Notes: generated by a model not told the origin, from the letters alone. Counted from the first letter of the stretch, positions 9,784 to 19,375 are shown. The stretch is DNA of 32,000 nucleotides from Raphidiopsis brookii D9 (GCA_000175855.1 ACYB01000037.1:1-32000); one strand, 5' to 3'. Numbers and translations are program-made.

Positions 9784-9808
9784 GTCACCGATACAGAACG
9801 TCGGTGAC
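9784..9808 (+). terminator. hairpin downstream of acnB (possible terminator)
   Basis: GTCACCGA (9784-9791) pairs with TCGGTGAC (9801-9808) across a 9-nt loop, 11 nt after the acnB stop. The following T-tract is weak (TTAAT). Confidence 0.4.
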
Positions 9809-10005
9809 TTAATAGATTAGTGTTTCCTTATACAACTAATCAGAAATACTTATAAATTTTTACGGCAAAAATTTACCTGGTTTGTTATTATTTACAATAA
9901 ATCATACTCCTGGTTAAAAAGTAGTTTCACATACTAGGTTAACCTGTGGTGTAAGTGTGGCCTGCTGGTTTAGTCAAAATTATAGATTGTTGATCACAGA
10001 GAGTT

Positions 10006-10692
10006 ATGGTTGTAAATTTTGCCCCGACTACTGCTGGTAGAGAATACCTGAGACGAGTCTTTCAAGGACTTGATAAACAAAGTTGTCCCAAATTGTTCAA
10101 CTTCCATGCACACACGGTATTTTCTGATGGTAAATTGCATCCCCATATACTTATGGAACAGGCGATCACCATTGGCTTAAAGGGCTTAGCCATTACAGAT
10201 CATCATAGTGTTGAAGGATATGAAAAAGCGAAAAATTGGCTAGAAGAATGGCAATGGCATCATCCTTTTAGTCCTGTACCCCATCTATGGAGTGGGGTGG
10301 AAATTAATGCTGAATTACTAGATGTGGAAGTACACATTTTAGGTTATGGCTTTGAAGTGGGACACCATCGGATGAAACCCTATTTACAGCGGGAACCAAC
10401 TAGAGGGGAAGACCACAAAGCATTAAATGTTATTGCGGCTGTTCATGACGCTGGGGGAATAGCTGTACTTGCCCATCCAGTCCGTTACAAAAAATCACAC
10501 TTTGAATTAATACCCAAAGCAGCTGAGCTTGGTATTGATGGAGTAGAATCTTTTTATGCTTACAAAAATCCCATTCCCTGGGAACCCTGCCCTCAACCAA
10601 CTGCTGAGGTACAAATGTTGGCGGAGGAGTATAGCTTAGTTAGTACCTGTGGGACAGATACCCATGGATTAAACTTATTACAACGTTTGTAA
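10006..10692 (+). CDS. PHP-domain metal-dependent phosphoesterase
   Basis: FNFHAHTVFSDG, LAITDHH, VLAHP and GTDTHG form the His/Asp ladder typical of PHP (polymerase and histidinol phosphatase) domains. Confidence 0.8.
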   Translation: MVVNFAPTTAGREYLRRVFQGLDKQSCPKLFNFHAHTVFSDGKLHPHILMEQAITIGLKGLAITDHHSVEGYEKAKNWLEEWQWHHPFSPVPHLWSGVEINAELLDVEVHILGYGFEVGHHRMKPYLQREPTRGEDHKALNVIAAVHDAGGIAVLAHPVRYKKSHFELIPKAAELGIDGVESFYAYKNPIPWEPCPQPTAEVQMLAEEYSLVSTCGTDTHGLNLLQRL

Positions 10693-10811
10693 TTGAGATT
10701 TGGGAAGAAATTGTTAAAATCTGATTTAGAAATTGCCATTGATATAAAAAAATGGTACAAGTGGTAGTACAAAAGAAAACCCTGATAAATTAAACACTGG
10801 GATATTCTGCA

Positions 10812-11693
10812 ATGATTACAGCAACTGCTAATAGTAAGTTCGACTTTGAAGACGAAAAATTTAATGCCCCACCTTCCCAAGTTCTCCCTTGGTGTCAAAT
10901 GATCAATCCTCGCTACGGGGAGGACGGGTTACAAAGTTATGGTTTGGCTATTAAACAAGATAATGCCCAAGCTGTAGGTTTCAAACCAGATGATAATTGG
11001 CAAGAGATAGAATACGAATTTGGATCCGGGGATGTGGATACGGTCTACATTACCACCACTCCCAGGTTGGTGATTATTCGTAGAGGACCTTTGTCAGTTC
11101 AGGACCGAGAAACAAAAATTAGGTTAGGTACTTTCAAAGACTACAAAGATGATTTTTTAGCGAATAAACTTAAATTTAAAATCTATACTCGCCATCTGAT
11201 TTTTTTAGTTGGCGAAAATAAAAAGTTTTTACACCATTCACCTTTACAATTGACCCTGAGTGGTGTGTCAGGTGCTAGTTTTGGTAAGAGTTATGCTGAA
11301 TATCAACAAGGTAAACTCTCGGGAGGTTTTGCGGGAGAATTAGAAAAGGCTTATGCTGGATTTCAAAAGAAATCCCCAGTTTCCAAAGGCTCTTTGTTTC
11401 ACGCCCATGGGATTTTTTGCCCCATCATTGAGTGCGAAGAAAGAGGTGTGGAACCAAATATTATTCCAGTTGCTTGTACGGTGGATTATAAACATCCTAC
11501 CCCTTCTACCTTGACTGATTATATGATTGCCTCAGATTCCCCAGAATCCCAAATCATTTGTCGCACTTTTGAAGAACATAAAGAATTCGGTAAGGAAGCA
11601 ATAAAACCGGAAATTTCTAAGGGAGAAGTTCCCGGTGTTACCAGTTCCTATGTTTACGCTGATGATGAGGATTTTGCCTATCCTCCCTATTAA
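10812..11693 (+). CDS. conserved-looking hypothetical protein (293 aa)
   Basis: Long clean ORF, soluble, acidic C-terminus. I do not recognise a family or catalytic motif. Confidence 0.55.
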   Translation: MITATANSKFDFEDEKFNAPPSQVLPWCQMINPRYGEDGLQSYGLAIKQDNAQAVGFKPDDNWQEIEYEFGSGDVDTVYITTTPRLVIIRRGPLSVQDRETKIRLGTFKDYKDDFLANKLKFKIYTRHLIFLVGENKKFLHHSPLQLTLSGVSGASFGKSYAEYQQGKLSGGFAGELEKAYAGFQKKSPVSKGSLFHAHGIFCPIIECEERGVEPNIIPVACTVDYKHPTPSTLTDYMIASDSPESQIICRTFEEHKEFGKEAIKPEISKGEVPGVTSSYVYADDEDFAYPPY

Positions 11694-11708
11694 GTCGCTT
11701 AGACTTTT

Positions 11709-12998
11709 TTAATTCCCTTTGTTAACTTTTTGGCACGGACTAGCTTTGGTCTCTTCCTTGAGCAGTAAGTAGTACAATGTACCGTTGTTACCCGTGACTC
11801 CAGCGCGATCGCCTGCTACTTTCCCGGTTCCTATGAAGTAGTCTACTCGACCGGGTCCTTTAATCGCACTACCCGTGTCTTGGTCTAGGACAAATCTATC
11901 CACCCGGCGGTTTTCTGTTCTGTTGTTACCTACAACAAAGGGAAAAGAGCTATTAATTAACGCTAATGCGCCCGGGGGCATAAGGGACTTATCTGTAGCA
12001 ATAGAACGCTCTGCAGTTACGGGAACACCCAGACTACCCGTAGCTGGATTGCCATTGGTTTCTCTAAAAAATACAAACCTTTCCCAGCGGGGTAAGTAGT
12101 TATCCATTTCTAGGGGATTAGCACGGAAATAACTGAGTAATTGTGGCATGCTACCACCAGTTAGTTTGCCATCTTTTACCAGTTCCCTACCTATACTCGT
12201 CCAAGGGTAGTCTGTACCCCCCGCAAAACCTATGGAGGTTCTTGTTCCATCAGTTAGTATAATTTGGGCAGATCCTTGAATTTGAATGATGTATGGATCC
12301 AGGCGATCGCTAAACCAGAGTAGTTCCAATCCGTTTAATTTGCCCTTATTCCCTTGTAAACCATCTTTCCCCTCTAAGTCAACCCTTTTAGGATGAGGTT
12401 TTGTCCATTGTTTAAAATCCGGTGGAATCCTGTATATGGGATATTGATACATAGCTGTGCGTTCCCGACTAGCTACATACTCAGGTTCATAATAAGCAGT
12501 AAATTTTACCGTACCATTGCCATCGTTACCTATAGACTGGTAGAAGACGAACTCGCGGTTCACAGCTGCTTGTAACTCTGCTGCTGACCGGGAATTTACC
12601 ACTAGTTCCCGAAACCGTAATAAACTGCGACGCACCCTGTCTAAACTAATTTCCTTAACGGCGTAATTCGCGTATGCTTGAACCGCTCTATTAGTGCTTA
12701 GATAATTTAAACTCAGATCAATAGCAGTTAATAAAGACTGGCGATCGCCATTTCTTCCCCATAGTTGTTCATCCCAACCTAGGCATCTTTGAGAATTGCA
12801 GGCGCTTTCTGATGTGATTAGTTGTAGCGGTGGGACAACCGGGGGGGGAGTATTTATTACCTCTGGAGTATTGATCACGGGAACTTGTATGGGTATTGGT
12901 TTTGGACTCGGTGTGTTTTGAGCCATAACTGAAACTACGGGACTTGCAAGAGTAATTCCCAGACCCAAGAAAAAGAAACCAAAAGTTTTGATGATCAT
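11709..12998 (-). CDS. mltA: murein transglycosylase A (MltA domain plus 3D domain), exported
   Basis: KFTAYYEPEY...YPIYR...IQGS..I.L.DG...IGFAG, and the C-terminal RFVLDQDTGSAIKGPGRVDYFIGTG (3D domain). Start moved to MIIKTFGFFFLGLGITLASPVVSVMAQ (ATG 12996-12998, signal peptide). This removes the overlap with the upstream gene. Confidence 0.85.
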   Translation of the reverse strand: MIIKTFGFFFLGLGITLASPVVSVMAQNTPSPKPIPIQVPVINTPEVINTPPPVVPPLQLITSESACNSQRCLGWDEQLWGRNGDRQSLLTAIDLSLNYLSTNRAVQAYANYAVKEISLDRVRRSLLRFRELVVNSRSAAELQAAVNREFVFYQSIGNDGNGTVKFTAYYEPEYVASRERTAMYQYPIYRIPPDFKQWTKPHPKRVDLEGKDGLQGNKGKLNGLELLWFSDRLDPYIIQIQGSAQIILTDGTRTSIGFAGGTDYPWTSIGRELVKDGKLTGGSMPQLLSYFRANPLEMDNYLPRWERFVFFRETNGNPATGSLGVPVTAERSIATDKSLMPPGALALINSSFPFVVGNNRTENRRVDRFVLDQDTGSAIKGPGRVDYFIGTGKVAGDRAGVTGNNGTLYYLLLKEETKASPCQKVNKGN

Positions 12999-13083
12999 TT
13001 TTGCTGTGTGTACACCAGGAACAAAGTAATTATTATCAGTACCAATATAGCACTCCTCAGAAGTTGGTATATGATTTCCACAG

Positions 13084-13854
13084 CTATCCAAAAAGTCTAA
13101 ATCGTGAGAGTTTGCTTTCAATAGCAACAGTTAAAAATTGCTTAATCTCATCTGCATCAGCAAATTCTGCTATATGCTCCGCACTTAAATCAAAGGGAAA
13201 TTGTCCCTCCAATTCTGGACGATGGACATGCACGAATATAATTTGTTCTGTTCGCTTGTGTTCAAGCGCGTAACCTATTTCTATACAAACATTGGGACTG
13301 GGAATTAACTCAGAGAAATCTTTCCCCTCAATGCTAGTAATCGGTGTGGTATCAGCAATGAACAACAGACTCTTACGGATCTTCCGCATAATTGTGCGGT
13401 TTAATCTTAAAGGTTTATTTCTTGACCGGGATGATTCTATCAGTGTTAAGGGCACCCGGGACCTGCTATTTAGGGTTTTTATGGTTTCCTGTAGGTTCTC
13501 CCTGAATAGGTCACTGGACCTTGCATACTCGGTTTGAAAGGAGAAAAAAATAGTTGGTTCTAACTGTGATAACAAACTTTGTTTTGTCAAGTAAATTTCA
13601 TGACTAATCAAATCAACATTAGCTACAGAATAACCACCACTACCCTCAATATAAAATTCTATGGAATCACCTTCCAAATACTGTTTAAACCAGGTTGCTG
13701 TTCTTACCTGGTCAGCATCTTCCAAAAAATCAGCCCGCAAACCAGACTTGAGCAAACTTTTCTTACTCAAACGAATGTCTGGGGGTCGTTTTTCCAACTC
13801 TGTAATTGGTTCATAATCCTGTATATACCATGCTCTGAGCGCAATTATTGACAT
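13084..13854 (-). CDS. hypothetical protein: unknown N-terminal domain plus a TIR / nucleoside 2-deoxyribosyltransferase-like C-terminal domain
   Basis: The C-terminal half (about residues 100-250, nt 13084-13557) shows a strand-helix pattern: TIFFSFQ..., SLLFIADTTP..., PSPNVCIEIGYALEHKRTEQIIFV. This resembles the xNVxxExGYAxg motif of TIR-like/NDT-like flavodoxin-fold domains. Assignment is by eye, not by search. Confidence 0.45.
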   Translation of the reverse strand: MSIIALRAWYIQDYEPITELEKRPPDIRLSKKSLLKSGLRADFLEDADQVRTATWFKQYLEGDSIEFYIEGSGGYSVANVDLISHEIYLTKQSLLSQLEPTIFFSFQTEYARSSDLFRENLQETIKTLNSRSRVPLTLIESSRSRNKPLRLNRTIMRKIRKSLLFIADTTPITSIEGKDFSELIPSPNVCIEIGYALEHKRTEQIIFVHVHRPELEGQFPFDLSAEHIAEFADADEIKQFLTVAIESKLSRFRLFG

Positions 13855-14303
13855 AAACCGCTGTTGACATTATTGAAACTCTCTGCGATCGCTAATTATA
13901 TCACAAAAATAGGGGAAAATCAGTACAGAATTACCATCAGGAAAAAGTTATATCCACACAGCGCAACACCCAACATCTACCGACTTGGTGATTCCCTACT
14001 TTTGCTGAATCCTATCCAGGGATGCGCCTGCTTTCACCACCTTGATCTACTAAGGAATGAATACTGGCCACATTACCCCCTTTACTAACTTGAGGGAATA
14101 CAAGCACTCGCGTTGGGCGTTGTGGTGTTCAGACGAGACAGATTGTAATTCAACAGCGTTTTTAACCTCTTACTACTTTTTGACTCTAACTCTAGCTGTT
14201 CGATCTGCCAGGGAAGCTTCTTTTTTAGCTTCAACTATAGAATAGCACCTTTAAATTAGAGTTACCAGAGATTTGCCATTTTGGTAACAAAACGTAATAT
14301 TCT

Positions 14304-14762
14304 TCAATTACGCCGCAAACCGAACCGAATTTGGTTTCGTATACCCATGAGAATTTTCCCAAGATGGTTTTCTCCTGTCTTATCAGCACCACAACCCCAG
14401 AAATAATCTATCGGTGAGTTTTCTACTAATGTTTCATCTCCCGTTCCCAACAAAACCTCCTGGATTTCCTGATGGCTGAGAAATTTCTGCCAAACTGCTG
14501 TTTTCATCACATCAATTTTAATCAAATTCCAGTCTGGACGTGATTTACGTGTTTCACATCTTCCTAAAGCAGCAGCCATTTCAGGAGTGGGAGCACTGCG
14601 AATTAGAGGTATAATGACATTGTCCTCGGTGTGAACAAATTTTTGCGCCTGATAATAATGTTCAACAGTTGCCCAGTAAACACCGTGAATTTCAATCGGA
14701 TGGGGGGAAAAGTTGGAGAAACAGCCATAAGGTTCCCAAACTTTGTAAAAATAAATTGTCAT
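14304..14762 (-). CDS. NADAR (DUF1768 / YbiA-like) family protein
   Basis: FYKVWEPYGCFSNFSPHPIEIHGVYWATVEHYYQAQKF...E...YFWGCG...G.N.LG..LM..R is the characteristic YbiA/NADAR pattern. Confidence 0.85.
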   Translation of the reverse strand: MTIYFYKVWEPYGCFSNFSPHPIEIHGVYWATVEHYYQAQKFVHTEDNVIIPLIRSAPTPEMAAALGRCETRKSRPDWNLIKIDVMKTAVWQKFLSHQEIQEVLLGTGDETLVENSPIDYFWGCGADKTGENHLGKILMGIRNQIRFGLRRN

Positions 14763-14969
14763 TTGAAAATTACTCCAAGCTTTTGTTGATAAGTATTGAG
14801 ACTTATTATTAATATATTATACCCAATTACACCCATAGCTACTCTCCAAAAAACTATATAGCTCAGGGAATCTCAGGCGATCGCCCACCCATTCCCCACC
14901 CCTATATTTTGTCAGCTACTTGCTATACCTTCCCTATTCCTGTACAATTTCCCAAAAGTCAGTTGCAAG

Positions 14970-15605
14970 ATGTCTATTAAAAATACGATAGTTATGGGCA
15001 ATAATACTTGGGAAAAAACAACATGGGAATGGGAATTATATTTGTTCAATCAGCGAATACAACAATGGTTAGAATACCAATACTCTCAACTTTTTAAAAA
15101 CATCCCAGAAAATTCAAGATTGTCCATTAGTGAACAAATCCTGAAAATTCTACAAGTATTATTTTGGCTGATATTGGTTTTATTCTTGGCTTGGGTAATT
15201 TGGCGTTTATGGCAAGAATTTTACCCGGAAATACATACCTGGTGGAAAAATCTGAATTCTCCCTTTGGTCATCCCTCGATCCCTGATTCTCCTCCTCAGC
15301 TCTCTGGCAATTTCCTATTGGCTAAATCTCAAGAATTTTACCACCAGGGTGACTATCAAAAAGCCTGTCAGTTCCTATATTTTTCCATGCTGCAACAATT
15401 GCACGAAAGAGCGATCGCCCTTCAACAACCAAGTCGCACCGATGGAGAATATTTACAACTGCTCCTGGGCACTGTTGCTTCCATTCAACCCTATGAGACT
15501 TTAATTACTACTCATGAGCAGTTATGCTTTAGTAAGCATAAGATTTCAGCTGAGAATTATCAACACTGTCTTCATTCTTATCAAGAATTATTCAACTCTC
15601 CTTAA
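14970..15605 (+). CDS. DUF4129-like membrane protein (first gene of the MoxR operon)
   Basis: One TM helix (ILQVLFWLILVLFLAWVIWRLW). C-terminal SRTDGEYLQLL...YETLITTHEQLCFS resembles the DUF4129 module found with MoxR/DUF58/transglutaminase clusters. The stop lies 2 nt before the next start. Confidence 0.65.
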   Translation: MSIKNTIVMGNNTWEKTTWEWELYLFNQRIQQWLEYQYSQLFKNIPENSRLSISEQILKILQVLFWLILVLFLAWVIWRLWQEFYPEIHTWWKNLNSPFGHPSIPDSPPQLSGNFLLAKSQEFYHQGDYQKACQFLYFSMLQQLHERAIALQQPSRTDGEYLQLLLGTVASIQPYETLITTHEQLCFSKHKISAENYQHCLHSYQELFNSP

Positions 15606-15607
15606 TT

Positions 15608-16723
15608 ATGCTCCCCCTTAAACGTCGAATTTATCTAAGTGCGATCGCCTTGGTAATGGTGATCTTGGTTATTTTCAGCTTTACTCCTAGTCAGAATATC
15701 AAAAATGGTTCTAGTTATAATCGCGGTCCAGAAGGCTATGCTGGTTGGTATACTTTTATGCAAAATCAAGGGGTGAAGATCCAGCGATGGCAAAAGCCTT
15801 TTGTAGAAATTGAGCCAGTAACCAAACCAGTAACCTTGATTCAGGTCAATCCTGAATTAGTGCAAATCAACCGAAATTTGGTAGAAGGCAATTTTGAAGC
15901 TCAACAACTAAAATGGATAGAGCAAGGTAATACATTAGTTATTTTAGGGATCAAACAACCATCAACAGCAGCAGAATTTACTACCTATCAAGAATCACCC
16001 TTGGGTAGGGTCAAGATTGACACTAGCAGAAGATATGTTGAACCTACTCAGGAAGAAGTTTTATTGGGAGATCGTTTTGGTGCTGTGGTTTGGCAGTGGA
16101 AATCTGGTAAAGGAAAAGTAATATTTGCCACTACTATCCATCTCGCTGCCAATGCTTACCAAGATGAAGCCAACTTTAAGTACTTAGCAAAATTAGTTAC
16201 TGATGGGAGTGAAAAAATTCTTGTAGATGAATATATTCATGGATATAAAGATGTTAATCGAAACACTAATTATCAGGACAAGGAAGGAAATTTATTAGAT
16301 TACTTCGCCAAGACTCCATTATTTCCAATGCTATTACAATTAAGTATAGTAGTAATATTATTAATTTGGTCTGGCAATCGTCGTTTTGGTAGAGCTATCA
16401 AGCTAGATCTACCGATTACAGAGAACAGTCGGGCTTATATTCAAGCATTAGCAGCAGTTTTACGCAAAGCCCAATCTAGTGATTTTGTTTTAGAAATGAT
16501 TGGCAAAGAAGAGCAGTTGCAACTACAAAAGGTATTAGGAATGGGAAACACACCAGTAAACCAAGAGGATTTAATTAAAACTTGGCAACAACAAACTGGT
16601 AAAAGTCCAGCGGAGCTAGAAGAATTACTAAAAGTACAGACCAGCAAACAACGTATTAGTGAAAAGAACCTGTTAAACTGGTTAGCTAAATGGCAAAGTC
16701 TACGGAAAAATCAATCCATCTAA
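15608..16723 (+). CDS. DUF4350-like membrane protein
   Basis: N-terminal TM helix, a large extracytoplasmic domain, a second TM (LFPMLLQLSIVVILLIW), and a position between DUF4129 and MoxR as in the conserved cluster. Confidence 0.65.
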   Translation: MLPLKRRIYLSAIALVMVILVIFSFTPSQNIKNGSSYNRGPEGYAGWYTFMQNQGVKIQRWQKPFVEIEPVTKPVTLIQVNPELVQINRNLVEGNFEAQQLKWIEQGNTLVILGIKQPSTAAEFTTYQESPLGRVKIDTSRRYVEPTQEEVLLGDRFGAVVWQWKSGKGKVIFATTIHLAANAYQDEANFKYLAKLVTDGSEKILVDEYIHGYKDVNRNTNYQDKEGNLLDYFAKTPLFPMLLQLSIVVILLIWSGNRRFGRAIKLDLPITENSRAYIQALAAVLRKAQSSDFVLEMIGKEEQLQLQKVLGMGNTPVNQEDLIKTWQQQTGKSPAELEELLKVQTSKQRISEKNLLNWLAKWQSLRKNQSI

Positions 16724-16756
16724 ATTCACCCCTAGGAATAGATACAATAAAGACAC

Positions 16757-17707
16757 ATGAGCATAACACATTCAGCCGTAATTAACCTGGGAAAAGAAGT
16801 AAGCAAGATTATTGTGGGACAATCAGGTTTAATCAAGCAATGTTTAATTGCATTCTTAGCAGGTGGTCACATAATTTTGGAGGGAGTTCCCGGAACTGGA
16901 AAAACTTTGTTGGTTAAAGTTTTGGCACAACTGATTCAAGGAGAGTTCAAAAGAATCCAACTGACACCAGATGTGTTGCCATCCGATATCACAGGTACCA
17001 ATATTTTTGATTTAAACACCCGCAACTTCTATTTGAGGAAGGGACCGATTTTTACAGAAATCTTACTTGCTGATGAAATTAACCGTACTCCCCCAAAAAC
17101 CCAAGCTGCATTACTAGAAGCTATGGAAGAATTACAGGTGACCCTAGATGGTGAAAGTTTACCATTACCCGATTTATTTTGGGTGGTTGCTACCCAAAAC
17201 CCCCTAGAATTTGAAGGGACCTATCCCCTACCAGAAGCTCAATTAGATCGGTTTCTATTTAAACTAGTGGTAGGTTATCCAGATCAAGTAGCGGAAAAAC
17301 AAATGTTGTTTAATCGTCAATCTGGTTTTACAGGAAGAAGAATAGACATTTCTAATTTAAATCCAGTTACCACTGTAAACAATATACTACAAGCTAGACA
17401 AGCTGTAAAACAGGTGAATGTAGCTGAAGCTATAGTGGATTATATTCTAGAAATAGTGAGTAAGACCCGTAAACATCCTGATTTAGCCCTAGGCGCATCT
17501 CCCCGTGCTGCTGGAGCTTGGTTACAAACATCCCAAGCATGCGCTTGGCTTGCTGGTAGAGATTTTGTCACCCCCGATGATGTGAAAGCAGTTGCTGCTC
17601 CCCTATTGCGTCACCGTTTGATTTTAAACCCAGAAGCAATGTTAGATGGCTCAAAAATTGATTCGGTCATAACCACTGTAATTAATCAAGTTCCCGTTCC
17701 TAGATAG
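16757..17707 (+). CDS. MoxR-family AAA+ ATPase
   Basis: Walker A GVPGTGKT, Walker B LLADEINR, ATQNPLEFEGTYPLPEAQLDRF, and a C-terminal lid helix region. Typical AAA_3/MoxR. Confidence 0.92.
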   Translation: MSITHSAVINLGKEVSKIIVGQSGLIKQCLIAFLAGGHIILEGVPGTGKTLLVKVLAQLIQGEFKRIQLTPDVLPSDITGTNIFDLNTRNFYLRKGPIFTEILLADEINRTPPKTQAALLEAMEELQVTLDGESLPLPDLFWVVATQNPLEFEGTYPLPEAQLDRFLFKLVVGYPDQVAEKQMLFNRQSGFTGRRIDISNLNPVTTVNNILQARQAVKQVNVAEAIVDYILEIVSKTRKHPDLALGASPRAAGAWLQTSQACAWLAGRDFVTPDDVKAVAAPLLRHRLILNPEAMLDGSKIDSVITTVINQVPVPR

Positions 17708-17708
17708 T

Positions 17709-19028
17709 ATGATTCCAGCTAAAAAAGTTTATTTCTTATTGAGTTTAGGAATAGTTATTTCACCCATTTTATCGGTGATTGTGGGTATTTACCAAAGTAT
17801 TACCCTCACCCTACTATTTGATTTGGTGGTCATGGCACTGATGGTCATTGACTGCTTCAATATCAGAAAACATCGGGTCAAAATTAGTCGTCAATTACCT
17901 CTACGTTTATCTATTGGACGTGATAACTTAATAATATTGAACGTAGAGTCTGGGAATGTCAATAGTGCTATTCAAATTCGTGATTACTATCCTACAGAAT
18001 TTCCCGTATCCACATCTAACCTGGTAGTTAACCTTCCCCCTAATCATACTCAGGAAGTAAAGTACACCATTCGACCTAATCAACGGGGAGAATTTTGGTG
18101 GGGAAATATTCAAGTTCGACAGCTGGGAAATTGGGCTCTAGGGTGGGACAATTGGCAAATTCCCCAAAAAACTGTGGCTAAGGTGTATCCTGATTTGTTA
18201 GGACTCAGATCCCTCGCTATTCGTTTAACCCTACAATCTTCTGGATCTATCACTAAATTGCGTCAACGGGGAATGGGAACGGAATTTGCTGAACTCCGTA
18301 ATTACTGCATGGGGGATGACCTGCGGTTAATTGATTGGAAAGCTACAGCTAGACGTGCTTATGGAAATGTGAGTCCCCTAGTAAGAGTTCTAGAGCCTCA
18401 ACAGGAACAAACTCTGCTTATATTATTAGATCGTGGTAGACTAATGACAGCTAATGTACAAGGGTTAAAACGATATGATTGGGGTTTAAATACCACCTTG
18501 TCTTTGGCATTAGCAGGATTATATAGGGGCGATCGCGTGGGGGTAGGGATATTTGACTCTCAGGTACACACCTGGATACCTCCTGAACGAGGACAAAATC
18601 ACCTCAATCAACTTATAGACAGACTTACACCTATTGAACCAGTGTTAGTGGAGTCTGATTATTTAAATGCCATTACCTATGTGGTAAAACAAAAGACTCG
18701 TAGATCTCTAGTAGTGTTAATTACTGATTTAGTCGATGTTACTGCTTCCCATGAACTACTAGTAGCGCTGTGTAAATTAGTGCCTCGATATCTACCTTTT
18801 TGTGTAACACTCAGGGATCCTGGGATTGATCAAATAGCTCATACTTTTAGTCAAGACTTAACACAGGCTTATAATCGAGCAGTTTCTTTGGACTTGATAT
18901 CACAAAGAGAAATTGCTTTTGCTCAGTTGAAACAACAGGGAGTTTTGGTGTTGGATGCACCAGCAAATCAAATTTCCGAGCAGTTGGTGGAAAGGTACTT
19001 ACAAATCAAAGCCAAAAATCAGATTTGA
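17709..19028 (+). CDS. DUF58 domain protein (vWA-like, MoxR partner)
   Basis: Two N-terminal TM helices. GTEFAELRNYCMGDDLRLIDWKATAR is the DUF58 hallmark. The start is 1 nt after the MoxR stop. Confidence 0.85.
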   Translation: MIPAKKVYFLLSLGIVISPILSVIVGIYQSITLTLLFDLVVMALMVIDCFNIRKHRVKISRQLPLRLSIGRDNLIILNVESGNVNSAIQIRDYYPTEFPVSTSNLVVNLPPNHTQEVKYTIRPNQRGEFWWGNIQVRQLGNWALGWDNWQIPQKTVAKVYPDLLGLRSLAIRLTLQSSGSITKLRQRGMGTEFAELRNYCMGDDLRLIDWKATARRAYGNVSPLVRVLEPQQEQTLLILLDRGRLMTANVQGLKRYDWGLNTTLSLALAGLYRGDRVGVGIFDSQVHTWIPPERGQNHLNQLIDRLTPIEPVLVESDYLNAITYVVKQKTRRSLVVLITDLVDVTASHELLVALCKLVPRYLPFCVTLRDPGIDQIAHTFSQDLTQAYNRAVSLDLISQREIAFAQLKQQGVLVLDAPANQISEQLVERYLQIKAKNQI

Positions 19029-19307
19029 CTCCTGGAATCATCTTTTTAGGTAGATTATCATAAGCTCCCGCACTTAATAGCTAAGACATGCCCAAACGCA
19101 TTAATAATGCTGGTCCCTGCCAATCTGATATCTACTATATTTACTATATGATCATGATCTCCGGATTGGCCTGCTTACCGGATGTAAAAGCGTTAATTGG
19201 CAATTAGGGCGATCGTCTCTTGTCGGTAACTTATTACCCGGAAACCCCTGCTACATAATAGCAAAATCCCTAATTGGCAAATTTATTAAATTTTTTGTAG
19301 AAACCCC

Positions 19308-19336
19308 TTTACAAAACTAAATATTTATCTTAATAT
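19308..19336 (+). promoter_or_regulatory. putative psbA promoter (TTTACA - 17 nt - TAATAT)
   Basis: -35 at 19308-19313 and -10 at 19331-19336, about 70 nt upstream of the psbA ATG. The layout resembles known cyanobacterial psbA promoters. Confidence 0.5.
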
Positions 19337-19375
19337 AAGTTCACAAGGTAAAAACACCTAGCCAAACATACATAA

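Noticed and set aside
12999-13127. Long form of mltA starting at 13127
   Set aside because: It would overlap the upstream gene by 44 nt and would bury the signal peptide 43 residues inside the protein. ATG 12998 places the signal peptide at the N-terminus.
13855-14303. 450-bp gene-free gap between the NADAR gene and the 256-aa ORF, examined for an sRNA, promoter or terminator (TTGACA at 13865; GTTACCA...TGGTAAC hairpin near 14262-14289)
   Set aside because: The TTGACA has no -10 at a usable spacing. The hairpin has a 14-nt loop and no T-tract. No recognisable RNA family was found. Left unannotated.
19181-19200. RpaB/HLR1-like direct repeat (reverse complement TTAACGCTTTTACAT) upstream of psbA
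   Set aside because: Only one half-site approximates (G/T)TTACA. The other matches 4 of 6 positions. This is not convincing without a position weight matrix score.
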